Assembly (NCBI RefSeq): GCF_963921235.1
Contig: NC_086109.1
Span: 22,880,001-22,944,000 of the forward strand
Reading direction: 5' to 3'
DNA: 64,000 nt
Source of the DNA: Mobula hypostoma
Taxonomy: Eukaryota
The notes under the pieces are model-generated. The model was not told the DNA's origin. It did not search any database and saw nothing but the letters and a program-made list of their open reading frames with translations. The translations under genes and the position numbers were made by a program. Of the stretch, positions 25,972 to 39,382 are shown piece after piece (position 1 is the first letter of the stretch; every line of letters begins with the position of its first letter).

Positions 25972-26704
25972 CTAACAGGACGAAAGACGACAGGTTTAGC
26001 ATCGGTTGACAATATGATGGAAGCAACGGGCAGAACAATCTGATTTTATATTGCAGAGGAAAACATGGTCACAATCTTCACAGGAATAAATATTGGACAG
26101 CAAGCTGCAAAGAGAAGGGTAGAAAGGCTTTGAAGTTGCAAGAGGAAATTTCAGGGCTCAGGACTTTGCCAGATGAAGAAATTTCTGCCACTGGTGGAAT
26201 GATGTGGGAGTGTGTAAATCAATTTAGGAAGGAGTCCAAGGATCTTGGAGAGTTAAAGAACTGGAGAAACTAGCAAATCCATGTGGGATTTTATAACAAA
26301 GACCTTACAAATCACAGCAATGCCAGTATTGGGGCCCACATACATCAGCAGGTATGAGGGTCCATTGCACAGTGTACTCTTGAGGCAGCAATGACTTGTC
26401 GAAGAGACAGTGCAGAGAGGACTGTTCCACTGGACAGGCAATTCACAGTCAATGGCAGTTGGTTTAATATTGTCACATATAATGAGGTACAGTGAAAAAC
26501 TTTGTTTTGTCTGCCATCCATGCAGATCACTTCACCACTTTGGTACATCGAGGTAGCACAAGGGAAAAGCAATAAATCAGTACAGAATATAATACTACAG
26601 AGAAAGTGCTGTGCCGGCAGACAATAAGGTGAAAGGCCACAATGAGGTGGATGTGAGGTCAAGATTCCATCTTATCACACAAGAGTGCACACTGCACCAA
26701 AAAT

Positions 26705-27183
26705 TGTGTGCTGGGGCAGCAGGCTGAGGGTAGCAGACACCAACAGAATCAACAAACTCATTCATAAGGCCAGTGATGTTGTGGGGATGGAACTGGACTC
26801 TCTGATGGTGGTGTCTGAAAAGAGGATACTGTCCAAGTTGCATGCCATCTTGGACAAGGTCTCCCATCCACTACATAATGTACTGGGTGGGCACAGGAGT
26901 ACATTCAGCCAGAGACTCATTCCACCAAGATGCAACACAGAGCATCATAGGAAGTCATTCCTGCCTGTGGCCATCAAACTTTACAACTCCTCCCTTGGAG
27001 GGTCAGACACCCTGAGCCAATAGGTTGGTCCTGGACTTATTTCCTGGCTCAATTTACATACTTACATATTACTATTTAACTATTTATGGTTTTATTACTA
27101 TTGTGCTTTATGGTGCAACTGTAATGAAAACCAATTTCCCCCGAGATCAATAAAGTATGACTATGACTATGACTATGACTATG
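26705..27183 (+). mobile_element. Second, shorter copy of the same Rex1/Babar-like LINE 3' end
   Basis: Near-identical to about 13198-13660. (TATGAC)n tail at about 27157-27183. Confidence 0.85.
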
Positions 27184-27978
27184 AGATAGCTCCAAGAGAA
27201 CACTACATAGTCAACCAGGCAACCTCACGGGACTGCTGCACACACAGACGAGCCACACCAAAAGAACACTGTCCTCTCAGATCAGGAACATTGGAAATGC
27301 ATTACCACATTAGTCAATCAGCACCAAGGGAACACCCCAGGGTGGGGGTGCATTTCAAACAAAATGCAGTTAATTATCTGGGTTGTAGCATTAAAGCATG
27401 CAGTAGCTTGGTTTTCAGATTCAGAACAGTTTAATATTTAGGCTCCAAACCAGCCAGGTTTTAATCCCTATTGGATTGAAGGATGAGTCACTTCCATTAC
27501 TCCCGCCTGGTGCAACAGCAAAACATGGAAAGCCCAGAGGCAAGAAAAGACCGGCTGCTCCATCAAATCTGTTCCGCACTATAATGACTGGAGCATTGTC
27601 GAATACTGCCTCCCTTCATTGTCATCGCCTGAGGTAATAAAGCCCAGGGCCACTATAAGGGAAAAAATACTTTGGAAAATTCCTCTTTAACCCCTCAGGG
27701 AACTGAAACCAGATCTCACAGACCAAGAGTTAGTTACAAAGTCAAGAAAACTTTTATTTTATTATCTACTGTATTAATTCCATAAAAGTTACTACTACAC
27801 TCAACATACACATTTTGTTTTATTTCTAGTCAAAAATCCTATGTCTAGCCTTTTAAAATTCAACAATGGGCTGTCCTGAAATTTTGCCTGACGGAAATAA
27901 AACAAATACAAAGTTGGGGGCTACAGAGGTGGTGGTGGTGGTGGTGGTGGTTGGGGGGGGGGGGGGTTTAAAAGTTAC

Positions 27979-28061
27979 CTTACAAGTTAATGAACGAGTG
28001 CAGTGCTTCTTGGTCTCTGGATCCATGACTCCGCAGTGTTTATTGAGGTCACTTTCTTTCT
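27979..28061 (-). CDS. ATXN7L2: ATXN7L2 coding exon 6, SCA7 domain N-half (EKESDLNKHCGVMDPETKKHCTRSLTCK)
   Basis: SCA7 zinc-binding motif. caacag acceptor, gtaact donor, 83 nt. Confidence 0.95.
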
Positions 28062-28319
28062 CTGTTGAGAGATTAGGTAGAGGTTATGTGGTATGACAGA
28101 TGTTTCCTGTTAAAGGCCCCAAGGTACCTTAGGACTTCATTTCCCCATACAGAAACACTTATTACAGCACTTTTAGAACGAAGAGAGATTCAAGTTAAGT
28201 CTAAGATGCTTTCCCAGACATTTTATTTTAAAATATAAAATAAATTTACACAGCAGGAAACAAGACCTTTTAAAGAATGGATTGAGATTATTTAAACTAG
28301 GGAGTCTTCAATAACTCTG

Positions 28320-28562
28320 CCATGGACGGTCCCTCACCTGCCTGCAAAGGAAGGAGGGTTGGGCATGGGGCCAGCAAACCTATCCTGTAAAAACCCAGTG
28401 CTACAGAAATACTAACAGAAGCTCCAAATACCCCTCCCTGGAGGAGGAAGGATCTTCAAAGATGGGCCACATCTGGGGACAACTTGAAAGACAGCCCTAG
28501 CATGGAGCACTCTAGTTAGCTGCAGTCAGCGGCCTATGGCCCAGTAGGGGTGATGGGCTTAT
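28320..28562 (+). mobile_element. Short non-autonomous RTE-type element (second copy at about 52710-52845 plus 53570-53673, split by CR1)
   Basis: Both copies share ggagggttgggcatggggc..agcaa..cc..atcct..aaaa..cagtgctacagaaa and the 3' end ..cccagtaggggtgatgggctta. Family assignment is from recall. Confidence 0.55.
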
Positions 28563-28744
28563 GGATGTCAGTATTTTTCAATAGCTTCATAATATTCCAC
28601 TGGACCTGAATGCTATTATGATACAATGTATTCATGTAGCTTTTGAAAACGGTAAAAATGTCCAATGGCCCTTCAATGAAGTATTAATCAAACCTTGATC
28701 AATGTTTAAAAAAAAAACCTCAATTAAAGTAGTAGGTTTTGAGA

Positions 28745-30980
28745 CAGTAAGATAGAGGAGCAGAATTAGACCATTCCATCATGGCTGATTTATTATCCCT
28801 CTCAACACAATCTTCCTGCCTTCTCCCTGGAACCTTTTGATGCCCTTACGAATCAAGAACCTATCAACCTCCGCTTTAAATATACCCAATGACTTGACTT
28901 CGCTCTCTGTGGCAATGAAATCCAGAGATTCACCACTCTCTGACTACAGAAATTCCTCCTCATTTATGTTCTACAGGGATATCGCTCTATTCTGAGGCTG
29001 TGCTCTCTGGTGCTGCACTCCCCCATTACTGGAAACATTCTCTAAATCCATTCAATCTAGCCTTTCAATATTTGATAGGTTTCAGTGAGATTTCCCCTTC
29101 ATTCTTCTAACCTCCAGTGAGTACAGGCCCAGAGTCATCAAGCATTAACCCTTTCATTTCCAGAATCATTCTCATCAACCTCTTCAGGACTATCTGCAAT
29201 ACCAGCACATCTTTTCTTAGATAAGGGACCCAAAACACTCCCACAATATTCCGTGCATTCTGACAAAGCCTTATAAAGCCTCAGCATTACATCTTTGCTT
29301 TTATATTCTGGTCCTCTCAAAATGAATAACATTGTATTTACCTTCCTTACCACCAACTCAACTTGCAAGTCAACTTTTATGGAATCCTACACAAGGACTC
29401 ACAAGTCCCTTTGCACTTCTGATTTCTGAATTTTCTCCCCATTTAGAAAGTAGTCTAAACTTACATCACCTTATTCCATCTGCCACTTCTTTGCCCATTC
29501 TCCTGATATCTCTAAGTCCTTCTGGAGACTCCTTGCTTCCTCGACACTACCTGCCCCTCCACCTATCTTTGTACCATCCACAAACTTAGCCACAGAGCTA
29601 TCAATTCTGTCATCAAAATCATTAACCTATAACATGAAAAGAAGCCATCCAACCCCTGCAGAACACAACTAGTCGTTGGCAGTCAACTAGAAAAAGCCCC
29701 CTTTATTCCTTCTCCTTGCCTTCTACCAGTCATACAATCTTCTATCCATACTAGTATCTTTCCTGTAATACCACAGGCTCTTAACTTGTTTAACAGCCTG
29801 ATGTGTGGCACCTTCTCAAAGGCTTTCTGAAAATCCAAGTAAACAACATCCTGCTTGTTATTTCCTCAGAGAATTCCAACAGATTTGTCAGGCAAGATTT
29901 CCCCTTAAGGAAACCATGCCTGCTTTGGCTTATTTTATCATATGCCTCCAAGTGCCCCAAAACCTCATCTTTATAATAGACTCCAACATCTTCCCAACCA
30001 CTGAAGTCAGGCTAACTGGCATATAATTTCCTTTCTTCTGCCTCCATCCCTTCCGAAAGAATGAACCGATACTTGCAATTTTCCAGTCCTACAGAACTAT
30101 TCCAGAATCTGGTGATTCTTGAAAGATCATTACTAATGCCTCCACAATCTCTTCAGTTACCTCCTTCAGAACTCTGAGCTGTAGTCCATTTGGTCCAGAT
30201 GACTTATCTACTCTCAGACCTTTCAGCTTCCCAAGCACCTTCTCATTAGTAATAGCAAATGCACTCACTTCTCCCCTTGACACTCCTGAATTTCTGGTAT
30301 ACTGTTAGTGCCTTCCACAGTGATGACTGACATAAAGTACTTATTAGTCCGCCATTTCTTTGTGAATTACTACCTCTCCAGCGTCATCTTCCAGCAGTCC
30401 GATATCCACTCTCACTTCTCTTTTACTCTTTATGCTGTATAACTGAAAAAAAAACTTTGGTATCCTTTTATTTTATTAGCTCACTTCCTTCATATTTAAT
30501 CTTTTCTCTCCTTATGACTTTTTTAGTTGCCTTCTGTTGGTTTTTAAAAGTTTCCCAACCTTCTTAAGCGCTATTAATTTTTGCTATATTATATGCCCTC
30601 CTTCTGCTTTTATGCTATATTTGAATTCCCTTCAACCACAGTTGCTTCATCCTCCCTTTAGAGTACTCCTTCATCTTTGGGATGTATCTATCCTACACCT
30701 TCCGAACTGGCCCCAGAAAGTCCAGCCATTGCTGTTCTGCTGTCATCCCTACTAGTGTCCCATTCCAATCAACTTTGGTCAGCTCCTCTTTCATGCTTCT
30801 GTAATTCCCTTTATTTCACTGTAATACTGATATATCTGACTTTATCTTCTCCCTTTTAACCTGCAGGGTGAATTCTATGATATTATGATCACCGTCTCCT
30901 AAGAGTGCCTTTACCTTAGGCTCCCTAATCAAATCTGGTTCATTACACAACACCCAACCCACAATTGGGAATCAACCACA
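28745..30980 (-). mobile_element. Long degenerate CR1 LINE
   Basis: Remnants KVLGKLKGLRVDKSSGPNGL and EYKSKDVMLRLYKAL. CR1 3' UTR at the left end. Confidence 0.85.
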
Positions 30981-31228
30981 AGCTCATTGTGAGAGTGCAG
31001 GAAATGGAAAACCATTCCACTTGCAGCACAAAAGTCACTGAACTCTATCTTAAAGCTGGAGAATAAAATACGTAATTCAAGCCAATCTCAAATATCACCA
31101 ATAATACAGTATTCAACTTCCCATTTACCATCAGTCTCCTCCATGTCTATTCACCAATTGTGTCTTTGGCCATTCCTTACATTACTAGCTTTGGAAGAAT
31201 AAGGTGCAGGACTCAATTTTATACTCAC

Positions 31229-31548
31229 CCATTACTCTCCTGTGGACTTTATGGTTGTTCCTCCTGTTACTGAATGCTGGTTCTTCCAGCATTGGTAATC
31301 TTTCACCTTTACCATTCTGAATCACTGGTGCAGTGAGTGAGAGGTCAGCTGCTTTTGGGACTGCATTCAGAACCCCTGTCTTTGCTGACGAATCAAGGAC
31401 AGGGGCCGGGCTGGGTTTCTCAGATGGTGAGATGGGTTCAGGAGAGGAGGGAGAAGCAGCAGGAGGCTTGGCGGTCAGTTTGATGCATGAGCTCTCTGTC
31501 TTTCCAAGAGATGGGATCTTTTCCAGGTTCACCACAGGAACAAACAAG
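31229..31548 (-). CDS. ATXN7L2: ATXN7L2 coding exon 5 (LFVPVVNLEKIPSL...HKVHRRVM)
   Basis: LFVPVVNLEK motif, within ORF 31185..31547. ttccag acceptor, gtgagt donor, 320 nt. Confidence 0.92.
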
Positions 31549-32029
31549 CTGGAAGAGAAGAGAGGAAGTTAAGGAATAAATCCAATCATCCCATTCAATC
31601 CAGACCTGTTTTTGCCTAAATCTCCATGGCAGGAGTGTATGGCTATTCACCCAGATGGCGAAACTGCAGCTAAGCCTGACGTTAAGTATTCTCTTTTGTT
31701 CAGTTTCCAAGAGAAAGTCTGATGGGAGGAGCGGAGAACAGGCTTTCTACAACGAGCAGCATAGCTCACTTTAACCCTATAGCTCTTTGAATCAGAACAA
31801 GAATCAGGTTTAATATCACTGATATATATCATGAATTTGTTGTTTTGCAGTAGAAATACGTTGAAAAAAAACTATAAATTACAATAAGAATAAATTAGTT
31901 ATAATATATACTATAAATAAGTCATTCAAATGGAGAGCAAACATTGTGAGGTAGTCTTCAGGGTCCTGTAACTCCACCGTGATGGTAGCAATGCACAGAG
32001 GGCATATCTTGGGTGATGGGGGTCCTTAA

Positions 32030-32132
32030 TGGTTCTTCCAGCATTGGTAGTCTTTCACCTTTACCATTCTGAATCACTGGTGCAGTGAGTGAGAGGTCAG
32101 CTGCTTTTGGGACTACATTCAGAACCCCTGTC
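32030..32132 (+). repeat. 103-bp direct duplicate of part of ATXN7L2 exon 5 (31278-31380)
   Basis: 101/103 identical by eye, offset 752 bp. Lacks its own splice sites and sits at the 5' junction of a CR1. Confidence 0.95.
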
Positions 32133-32142
32133 CTGGGTGATG

Positions 32143-33075
32143 GGTGGCTAAGTTTGCTGACGATACGAAGATAGGTGGAGGGGCCGGTAGTGCTGAGGAA
32201 ACGGAGAGTCTGCAGAGAGACTTGGATAGATTGGAAGAATGGGCAGGGAAGTGGCAAATGAAGTACAATGTTGGAAAGTGTTATGCACTTTGGCAGAAAA
32301 AATAAACAGGCAGACTATTATTTAAATGGGGAAAGAATTCAAAGTTCGGAGATGCAACGGGACTTGGGAGTCCTCGTACAGGATACCCTTAAGGTTAACC
32401 TCCAGTTTGAGTCTGTAGTGAAGAAGGCGAATGCAATGTTGGCATTCATTTCTAGAGGAATAGAGTATAGGAGCAGGGATGTGATGTTGAGGCTCTATAA
32501 GGTGCTGGTGAGACCTCACTTGGAGTACTGTGGGCAGTTTTGGTCTCCTTATTTAAGAAAGGATGTGCTGACGTTGGAGAGGGTACAGAGAAGATTCACT
32601 AGAACGATTCCAGGAATGAGAGGGTTAACATATGAGGAACGTTTGTCCGCTCTTGGACTGTATTCCTTGGAGTTTAGAAGAATGAGGGGAGACCCCATAG
32701 AAACATTTCAAATATTGAAAGGCATGGACAGATGGATGTGGCAAAGTTGTTTCCCATGACAGGGGAGTCTAGTACGGGAGGGCATGACTTAAGGATTGAA
32801 GGGCCCCCATTCAGAACAGAAATGCGAAGAATTTTTTTTAGTCAGAGGGTGGTGAATCTATGGAATTTGTTGCCACGGGCAGCAGTGGAAGCCAAGTCAT
32901 TCGGTGTATTTAAGGCAGAGATTGATAGGTATCTGAGTAGCCAGGGCATCAAAGGTTATGGTGAGAAGGTGGGGGAGTGGGACTAAATGGGAGAATGGAT
33001 CAGCTCATGATAAAATGGCGGAGCAGACTCGATGGGCCGAATGGCCAACTTCTGCTCCTCTGTCTTATGGTCTTA
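32143..33075 (+). mobile_element. 5'-truncated CR1 LINE nested in a Rex1-like remnant
   Basis: AKFADDTKIGG and MHFGRKN..RPHLEYC..QRRFTR motifs. Tail tcttatggtctta. Confidence 0.88.
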
Positions 33076-35510
33076 ATAATGGATGGCAGTTTTCTGAGAC
33101 ATCACCTGTTAAAGATGTCCTTGATGGAGCTGGCTGAGTTTAAAACCCTTTGTAGCTTTTTCAATCCTCAGCAGTGGCCTCTCCATACCAGACAGTGTAG
33201 AGTAAACTTTGTGGCTCTGTAGTTCATCCACATGATAGAAGGGCAAGGTTAGGTTCAGGCTCAAACACAATGTATAAACTGGAGCTTTTAGCCCTGGAGT
33301 GAAGGAGGGTGACAGCTTTAAATAAAACCATAAGGGGTGCATATAAGTTGGATAGTCACAGGGTAGGGGAGTATAACACTAGAGGGCATAGGTATAAGGA
33401 GAAGGGGGAAAAATTTAAAAGGAACACAGATGTAATTTATTCACAGAGAGGATTGATTGTATGAGGAATGAGCTGCCAGAGGCATGGATGCAATTACAGT
33501 TTTAAATATATTTGGAGAAGTACATGAATAGAAAAGATTTAGAGCAATAGGGGCCAAACATAAGCAAATAGGACTAGCTTGGATAAATATCTTGGTCAGC
33601 AGGAACAAGTGGGCTGAAAAACCCATCTCTGTGCTGCTTAACTCTATGGCAACGGCACCAATAGTCAAACGTGTGACTGGCTCACAGTGGGTACATCAAT
33701 CCTCAAAACTAGACATTGAATTAGGATTCCTCGCCCCTTAAGCCTGCTCTGGTATTGAATTAGATTAACCCAATCTTTTACTTCAGCATCACATTCCTGT
33801 ACTGATTCCATATCTCTAAACTTCTTTAATATCCAAAAATCTATCAGTCTCTGTCTTGAACATATTTGAGCCTTTGCAGCCCTCTTGGATAAAGAAATCC
33901 AGAGACTCCGTATGTCTGGGTGAAGAATTTCTTTTCAGCTAAATCCTGAAGGACCTTGGCATTATTTTTAGACTGCGACCTCTGTTCTTGAATGTTTAGC
34001 CAACAGAAAGATCACCTGTACATCTCCCATTGAGCTCCATTAGAATTTTGTATGTCAGTGAGATTACTTCTCTTCTACAGAACTCCACAGCGCATATGCC
34101 CAGCCTGCTTGATCTGTCCTCATGGGTCAATCGCATCATTTTATGACTCAATATGGTGAACTTTCTTTAGAAGTTTGGTTCCAATTACATCCTTCTTTGG
34201 CTAGGTTAACCATATTCTGAGTGTGGTCTTACCAGAGTCCTATACAATTTCAATAAGACATGTTTACTTACACTCAAATCTTCTTACAATAAAGGTAAAC
34301 ATACTATTTTCCAGCATGGCAACTTTCTGTCCCTCCAGGGCCAGCTGAGTTCATTTATTAGCTCCAAATCTGCAAATTACTTTCAGAGATAGCTTGGAAG
34401 AGTCACCAAAAACTACTACTTATCAACGTCACTGGGAACCTACAACACAGGAGACTATCTAGTCCAATGAACATATGCTGACAATTAAGAAGGGATATCC
34501 AAATAGTCCCACCTCCTGCTCTTTCCCCATAGTCCTACCAATATTTTTGACCTCACATACTTATTGTTTGAAAGTACTAATTGAATATGATCCCACTATG
34601 TTTTCAAGCAGTTATTCCAGATCAAAATTCATGGATAAAAGTTTTCTTTCTGGCTCTCTACCCAACTTCTCTACTTTGCAGAACATCTCCAAGTCAATCC
34701 ACAAAGGTATCCCAGTTATATGTTGCCTTAATTTTTCCATTACAGTCCCACTCTGATCTCTTTCTTCTTATTACAGTTCCAACAAAACACAGGAAATGCT
34801 GCAGAAGCAGCATCTTGGGTTGCAACATCCATGATAACAGTTTCAGATAAACAGCTTTCTAGTTTGTAACAGAACTGGCCAGTGCTGAAGACCAATTTGC
34901 AATGTTAACTCAGCTTCTGTATTCACAGGCTGGCTGACCTGCCTGGTTTTTCCGCTTCTCCCTTCTGTTTCATATTTCTAGCAACTGTTTTGTTCTGGAT
35001 CTCACTATTCCAATATTTTCTCTCTATCCTTTGTTCTCGTTTTCCTCTGATCAGATAACTCTGCAAACGCCTTCAACAACATGTGTGTCACTGATTTTTT
35101 TTCAGTCTCTTATTACACACTTCTCTCCATCTTTCTCTGCAATTTAAAATATAGATGTTTTCTTGCTTTTTCCAATTCTGGTGATACGTCATCAACTTGG
35201 AGAACCAACTTGGCTGATTTCTCCAAAGATGCTGCCTGAATAGCTGACCACTCCTAGATTATAATTTACTGTGTAATCTGGTTCTTGTTTCTAGAATCAG
35301 TTCCCCTTATCTACTCTAACAATACTTTTCATTAGTTGCATTAAATCTACCCTTAAACTTTAATGTTCTTAGGAAAATAATCCCAGTTTACCATCAATGG
35401 TGAGTTCTTCATCCATGATTATAGTATAATAAACATGAGCTGCTTTAATTTAGAAAACTAGTAGTATTTTCCCCCTATTGGATTAAAGGTCAAAAAGAAA
35501 ACTAAATTAC

Positions 35511-35724
35511 CACAGATTTTCTTTTGGTCCCTTTGAAGGCACATCTAACTGTAGCACCTTGTTACCAGGGCTGTGCAGCTTCTCTTTCGAGGATCTGGTG
35601 CCATGGTTGGAGGTAACTGCAGTTTGAACACTGTTGCATCGCGATTTCTGCAGAATGGAGTTTGGGGAATTCAAGGCAGGAGCTTTTCGTGCTGACAGTT
35701 TGTTCAGAGATCCGTGTCTTCTCT
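35511..35724 (-). CDS. ATXN7L2: ATXN7L2 coding exon 4 (ERRHGSLNKL...GPKENLC)
   Basis: Begins ERRHG, completing the zinc finger, and ends KENLC (ATXN7L2 has KDNLC). ttgcag acceptor, gtaatt donor, 214 nt, open frame. Confidence 0.92.
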
Positions 35725-36142
35725 CTGCAAGAAATTGAACCTATTTAAGATTCTCAAATTAGAGATTTCACGTTAGACACATAAAGTGGAAATCAAGTAC
35801 CATCAAGAGCAAACCTAGGTTTAATTTTTTCCCTTGGTTCTATGGGTAGTTTGTTTGCTCGAGTCAAACCGTCTGTGATTCAAGCTCATCTGAGGACGCA
35901 CTTCATGCTAATACTTCCTGGCACACACAGTTTTGCCAGAGTACAACACTGCCAGAGACAGCATTTTCGCAAAACTCTCCGATGGGCCATAAATGGCACT
36001 ATGGCAGTATTCTGAACAGAAGGTGGAGATCTCCTCAGTGACATGGCTGCTATTAATACTGCAAATTATATTATTTTATAAACAATAAAATGCTCATTAT
36101 AACATTGTTGTTAGTGACAACCTGGTGTGCACAATCCGATCA

Positions 36143-36890
36143 TTAGACCATAAGACAAAGGAGCAGAAATTGACCATTCATCCCATTGAGTCTGCTCTGC
36201 CATTCCATCATGGCTGATTCATTATCGCTTTCAACCCCATTCTCCTGCCTTCTCCCTCTGGTTAACGAAATTCATTGTATTCTGGGGCTGTGTCTCCTGG
36301 TCATAAACTTCCCTACTATAGGAAACATCCTCTTCACATTCACTGTAATTAGGCTTTCAGTATTTGATACGTTTCAATGAGATCCCCCCCTCATTCTTCT
36401 AAGCTCCAGTGAGTACAAGCCCAGCGCCATCAAATGCTTCTCATAGATTAACCTTTTCTTTCCCGGAATTATTCACGTGAACCTTCTCTGGACTGTCTCC
36501 AATACCAGCACATTCTTTCTTGGATAAAGGACCCAACATTGCTTACAATACTCCTTGTATGGTCTGACCAATGCCTTATAAAGCCTCAGCATTACATTCT
36601 TGCTTTTATATTCTGGTCCTTTCAAAATGAATGCTAACATTGCATTTGCCTTCCTTACCACTGACTCAACTTGCATGAGGACTCCCAAGTCCCTTTGCAC
36701 CTCAGATATCTGAATTTTCTCCATTTAGAAAATAGTCCATGCCTTTATTCCTTCTATCAAAGTGCATGACTATACACTTACCTACACTGTATTCCATCTG
36801 CCACTTCTTCACCCACTCCTCTCATCTGTCCTGTAAATTCCCTGCTTCCTCAACACTATCTGCCCCTCCAACTATCTTAGTATTGTCTAG
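36143..36890 (-). mobile_element. Degenerate CR1 3' fragment
   Basis: QRDLGVL..KANAMLAFI..LRLYKALVRP (ORF 36473..36724). Confidence 0.8.
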
Positions 36891-38317
36891 AACTGAACAG
36901 AACATAGAAATTTACAGCACATTACAGGCTCTTCGGCCCACAATGTTGTAACCTACTCTAGACACTGCCTTGAATTTCCCTAGTGCATAGCCCTCTATTT
37001 TTCTAAGCTCCATTACGTCATTTTTTTTTAACATTACTGCAATATCTGCTCTGTATTACTTGTAAAAGCTTTGGAATATCTCAAGATTCTGAACTACAGA
37101 TCTACTAAATAATATTCTGGAAATATAAAGTTGCAGGAAAAGTGATTATGAAATTGTGGGTACGTCAAAGTCCAACCAGTTCACTAATGTCCTTTGAAAA
37201 GGAGCCCCATCATTTGTACCTTGCTCAAGCCTATACATGATTACAGACCCTCATCAATATAACTCATAATGCCCTCAGAGGTACCCACCATGCCTATTAT
37301 TTTAAAAGCAACGACAAAGCGGCCTAGAAATTCATCCTAATGAATGCTCGATGATCACAGCAACAAGTTTCAAATGACTACTGTAGGTGCAACTTGAACG
37401 GATGTTGCCAAGTTTCCTTCATTAAAAATTGACCATGTACAAAAAAGGTGAGCAAAACGGTACTTCACTGTAAGGCTGTGTTCAGTCAGGGGGAATGCCC
37501 AGTGTGGTTGGGATGGCCAGCAAAGACCCTGTGGCTGAAGAGGAATTGGGACATTGGAGTCCTGTGATGGGAGTTGACGGAGGTGCAATGCATCCAAATG
37601 ATTCTAGACAAATGAAGGGACTTAACTGGTAGCAGTCTCAGTCAAAAGTTGTCTAGTCTTCCCAATGCTGTCCCAGGAGTTCCCAACCACAGCTGCTCAC
37701 ACAACAGCATGGTCAGAGTTCCTCCTCAATGCTCCAAAAATGCAACAAAATCATTCCATACGTAACTGTTGTAATATTCACATAAGGAGTCGAAGGGTGA
37801 CTTGTGCCTTTGAAGGCTGTCAAACTTCCAGAATGGCACAAAAGGATCCAAAATGGTCAATGTCAGTGTGATGGAGAGCCCTCGGTAACATCATTCCTTA
37901 CACATGCACGTTTACACACACACACACACACAAATTGCCTTGTCATTCTGCTGAGTATACACACTTCATTTACTTCCCGATACATCCTCATAATGGGTCC
38001 TATACTGAGCTGATGTGCTCGTGTCGGCTTTATGGTGCCTTTCCCACCATACACAGTGCAATATTCCAGTTCTTTAGTAATGGGGATGAGTAAATGTGTA
38101 TGCGTTGTTTGTATACTGTACATAAGGTAGACACTTCTGTTTATTTTGTAATATGATTGTAACTACATTGTGGGATACATCATATTTTAATTCATGTGTA
38201 GTCGTAAGTTAACTCCGTGGGTAATTAAAGATGGTCTGTCCTGGTGTCTAAGAGAAAACGGGGCAGATCACTTTCAGTGGAAGAGAGAGATCGGAACTGT
38301 CAGGAGTTCACTCTGGA

Positions 38318-38688
38318 CAAAGTAAAGGGATAGATAAGATAGAAGTAGGAAAGTTGTTTCCATTGGTAGGTGAGACTGAAACTAGGGGACATTGCTTCAA
38401 GATTCAGGGGAGAAGATTTAGGATGGAGATGAGGAGAAACTGTTTTTCCCAGAGAACGGTGAATCTGTGGAATTCACTGCCCAGGGAAGCAGTTGAGGCT
38501 TCTTCACAAAATATATTTAAGAAACAGTTAGATAAGTTTTTACATGGTAAGGGAATTAAGGGTTATGGGGAAAAGACAGGTAGATGGAGCTGAGTTTACG
38601 GACAGATCAGTCATGATCTTATTGAATGGCGGGGCAGGCTCAATGGGCCAGATGGTCTACTCCTGCTCCTATTTCTTATGTTCTTATG
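38318..38688 (+). mobile_element. CR1 3' end fragment
   Basis: TRGH..FSQRTVNLWNSLP, plus a CR1 3' UTR and ttcttatgttcttatg tail. Confidence 0.82.
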
Positions 38689-39068
38689 TAAAGTTTGAAG
38701 CTGTTATTATGTTTTCTGGTAGATACCTTTTTGTAAATATTGACAGTTTACTTTTCACTATTTTTGCTAATTTTTGTTTTTTGATATACCTAATGAACAC
38801 TCTTGCACTGAAGTGCTAGGACAACTCCAGCCATTTTTTTCTCTTCGGTCATAACCCATATATCTAACAGTCAGATTTAAACAAGTTTTATTCTCAATTA
38901 CATAACATTCAAAACACGTATTACATGAACACATTTCCAGTGAGGTGTCAGCTGAACCGATATGATGCTTTAACAATATGTGCCTCTGGGTTATCAGATC
39001 TAATAGATATATACTTTCTTCTGTCTTCTTATTATGACCCAAAGATGCTCAGTTACAAAATGACTTAC

Positions 39069-39173
39069 CACAGTGCATCTGAAATGCCTGAGGTTTAACT
39101 ACTTGTCCACACTGGTTACACACCACAAGGAAGAACTCATCATGGGCTGGACAGTGACCAAAGATTGGCATAT
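39069..39173 (-). CDS. ATXN7L2: ATXN7L2 coding exon 3, zinc finger ([35 protein letters not shown])
   Basis: Highly conserved ATXN7-family zinc-finger block. gtttcag acceptor, gtaagt donor, 105 nt. Confidence 0.95.
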
Positions 39174-39313
39174 CTGAAACAGAGGTGAAATAGCTAGTAC
39201 ACGTAGACACTACATAAAGAAAGTTGGGAGTGGGGAAATGCCTTTATGTCAATTCCTCTAATTCAGCATCTTATCAGTCCCCATCCTTACCCTTCACTCT
39301 TCCAGATCATTAC

Positions 39314-39382
39314 CTTCTCTAATGAGCCGCATTGTTTCAATTTTCTTCCTCACATCCTTGCCACAGTCTTCCGATTCCGAGC
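39314..39382 (-). CDS. ATXN7L2: ATXN7L2 coding exon 2 (GSESEDCGKDVRKKIETMRLIRE)
   Basis: ttttcag acceptor, gtaatg donor, 69 nt, phase 1-1. Resembles the family KKxxxMxLxxE motif. Confidence 0.9.

Noticed and set aside
27157..27183. (TATGAC)n and other short tandem arrays as CRISPR-like or satellite repeats
   Set aside because: They are LINE 3' tails following AATAAA, have no spacers, and the context is eukaryotic.
27927..27967. (GGT)n plus a G-run giving a poly-Val/Gly ORF; possible repeat-expansion analogue
   Set aside because: An intronic microsatellite just past the exon-6 donor, not in the coding frame.
31958..32257. ORF containing an ATXN7L2-like peptide (TGVLNVVPKAADLSLTAPVIQNGKGERLPMLEEP) as a second gene or extra exon
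   Set aside because: It is a chimera of antisense CR1, the duplicated exon-5 fragment and a Rex1-like remnant, with no matching splice sites. Reported as a duplication instead.
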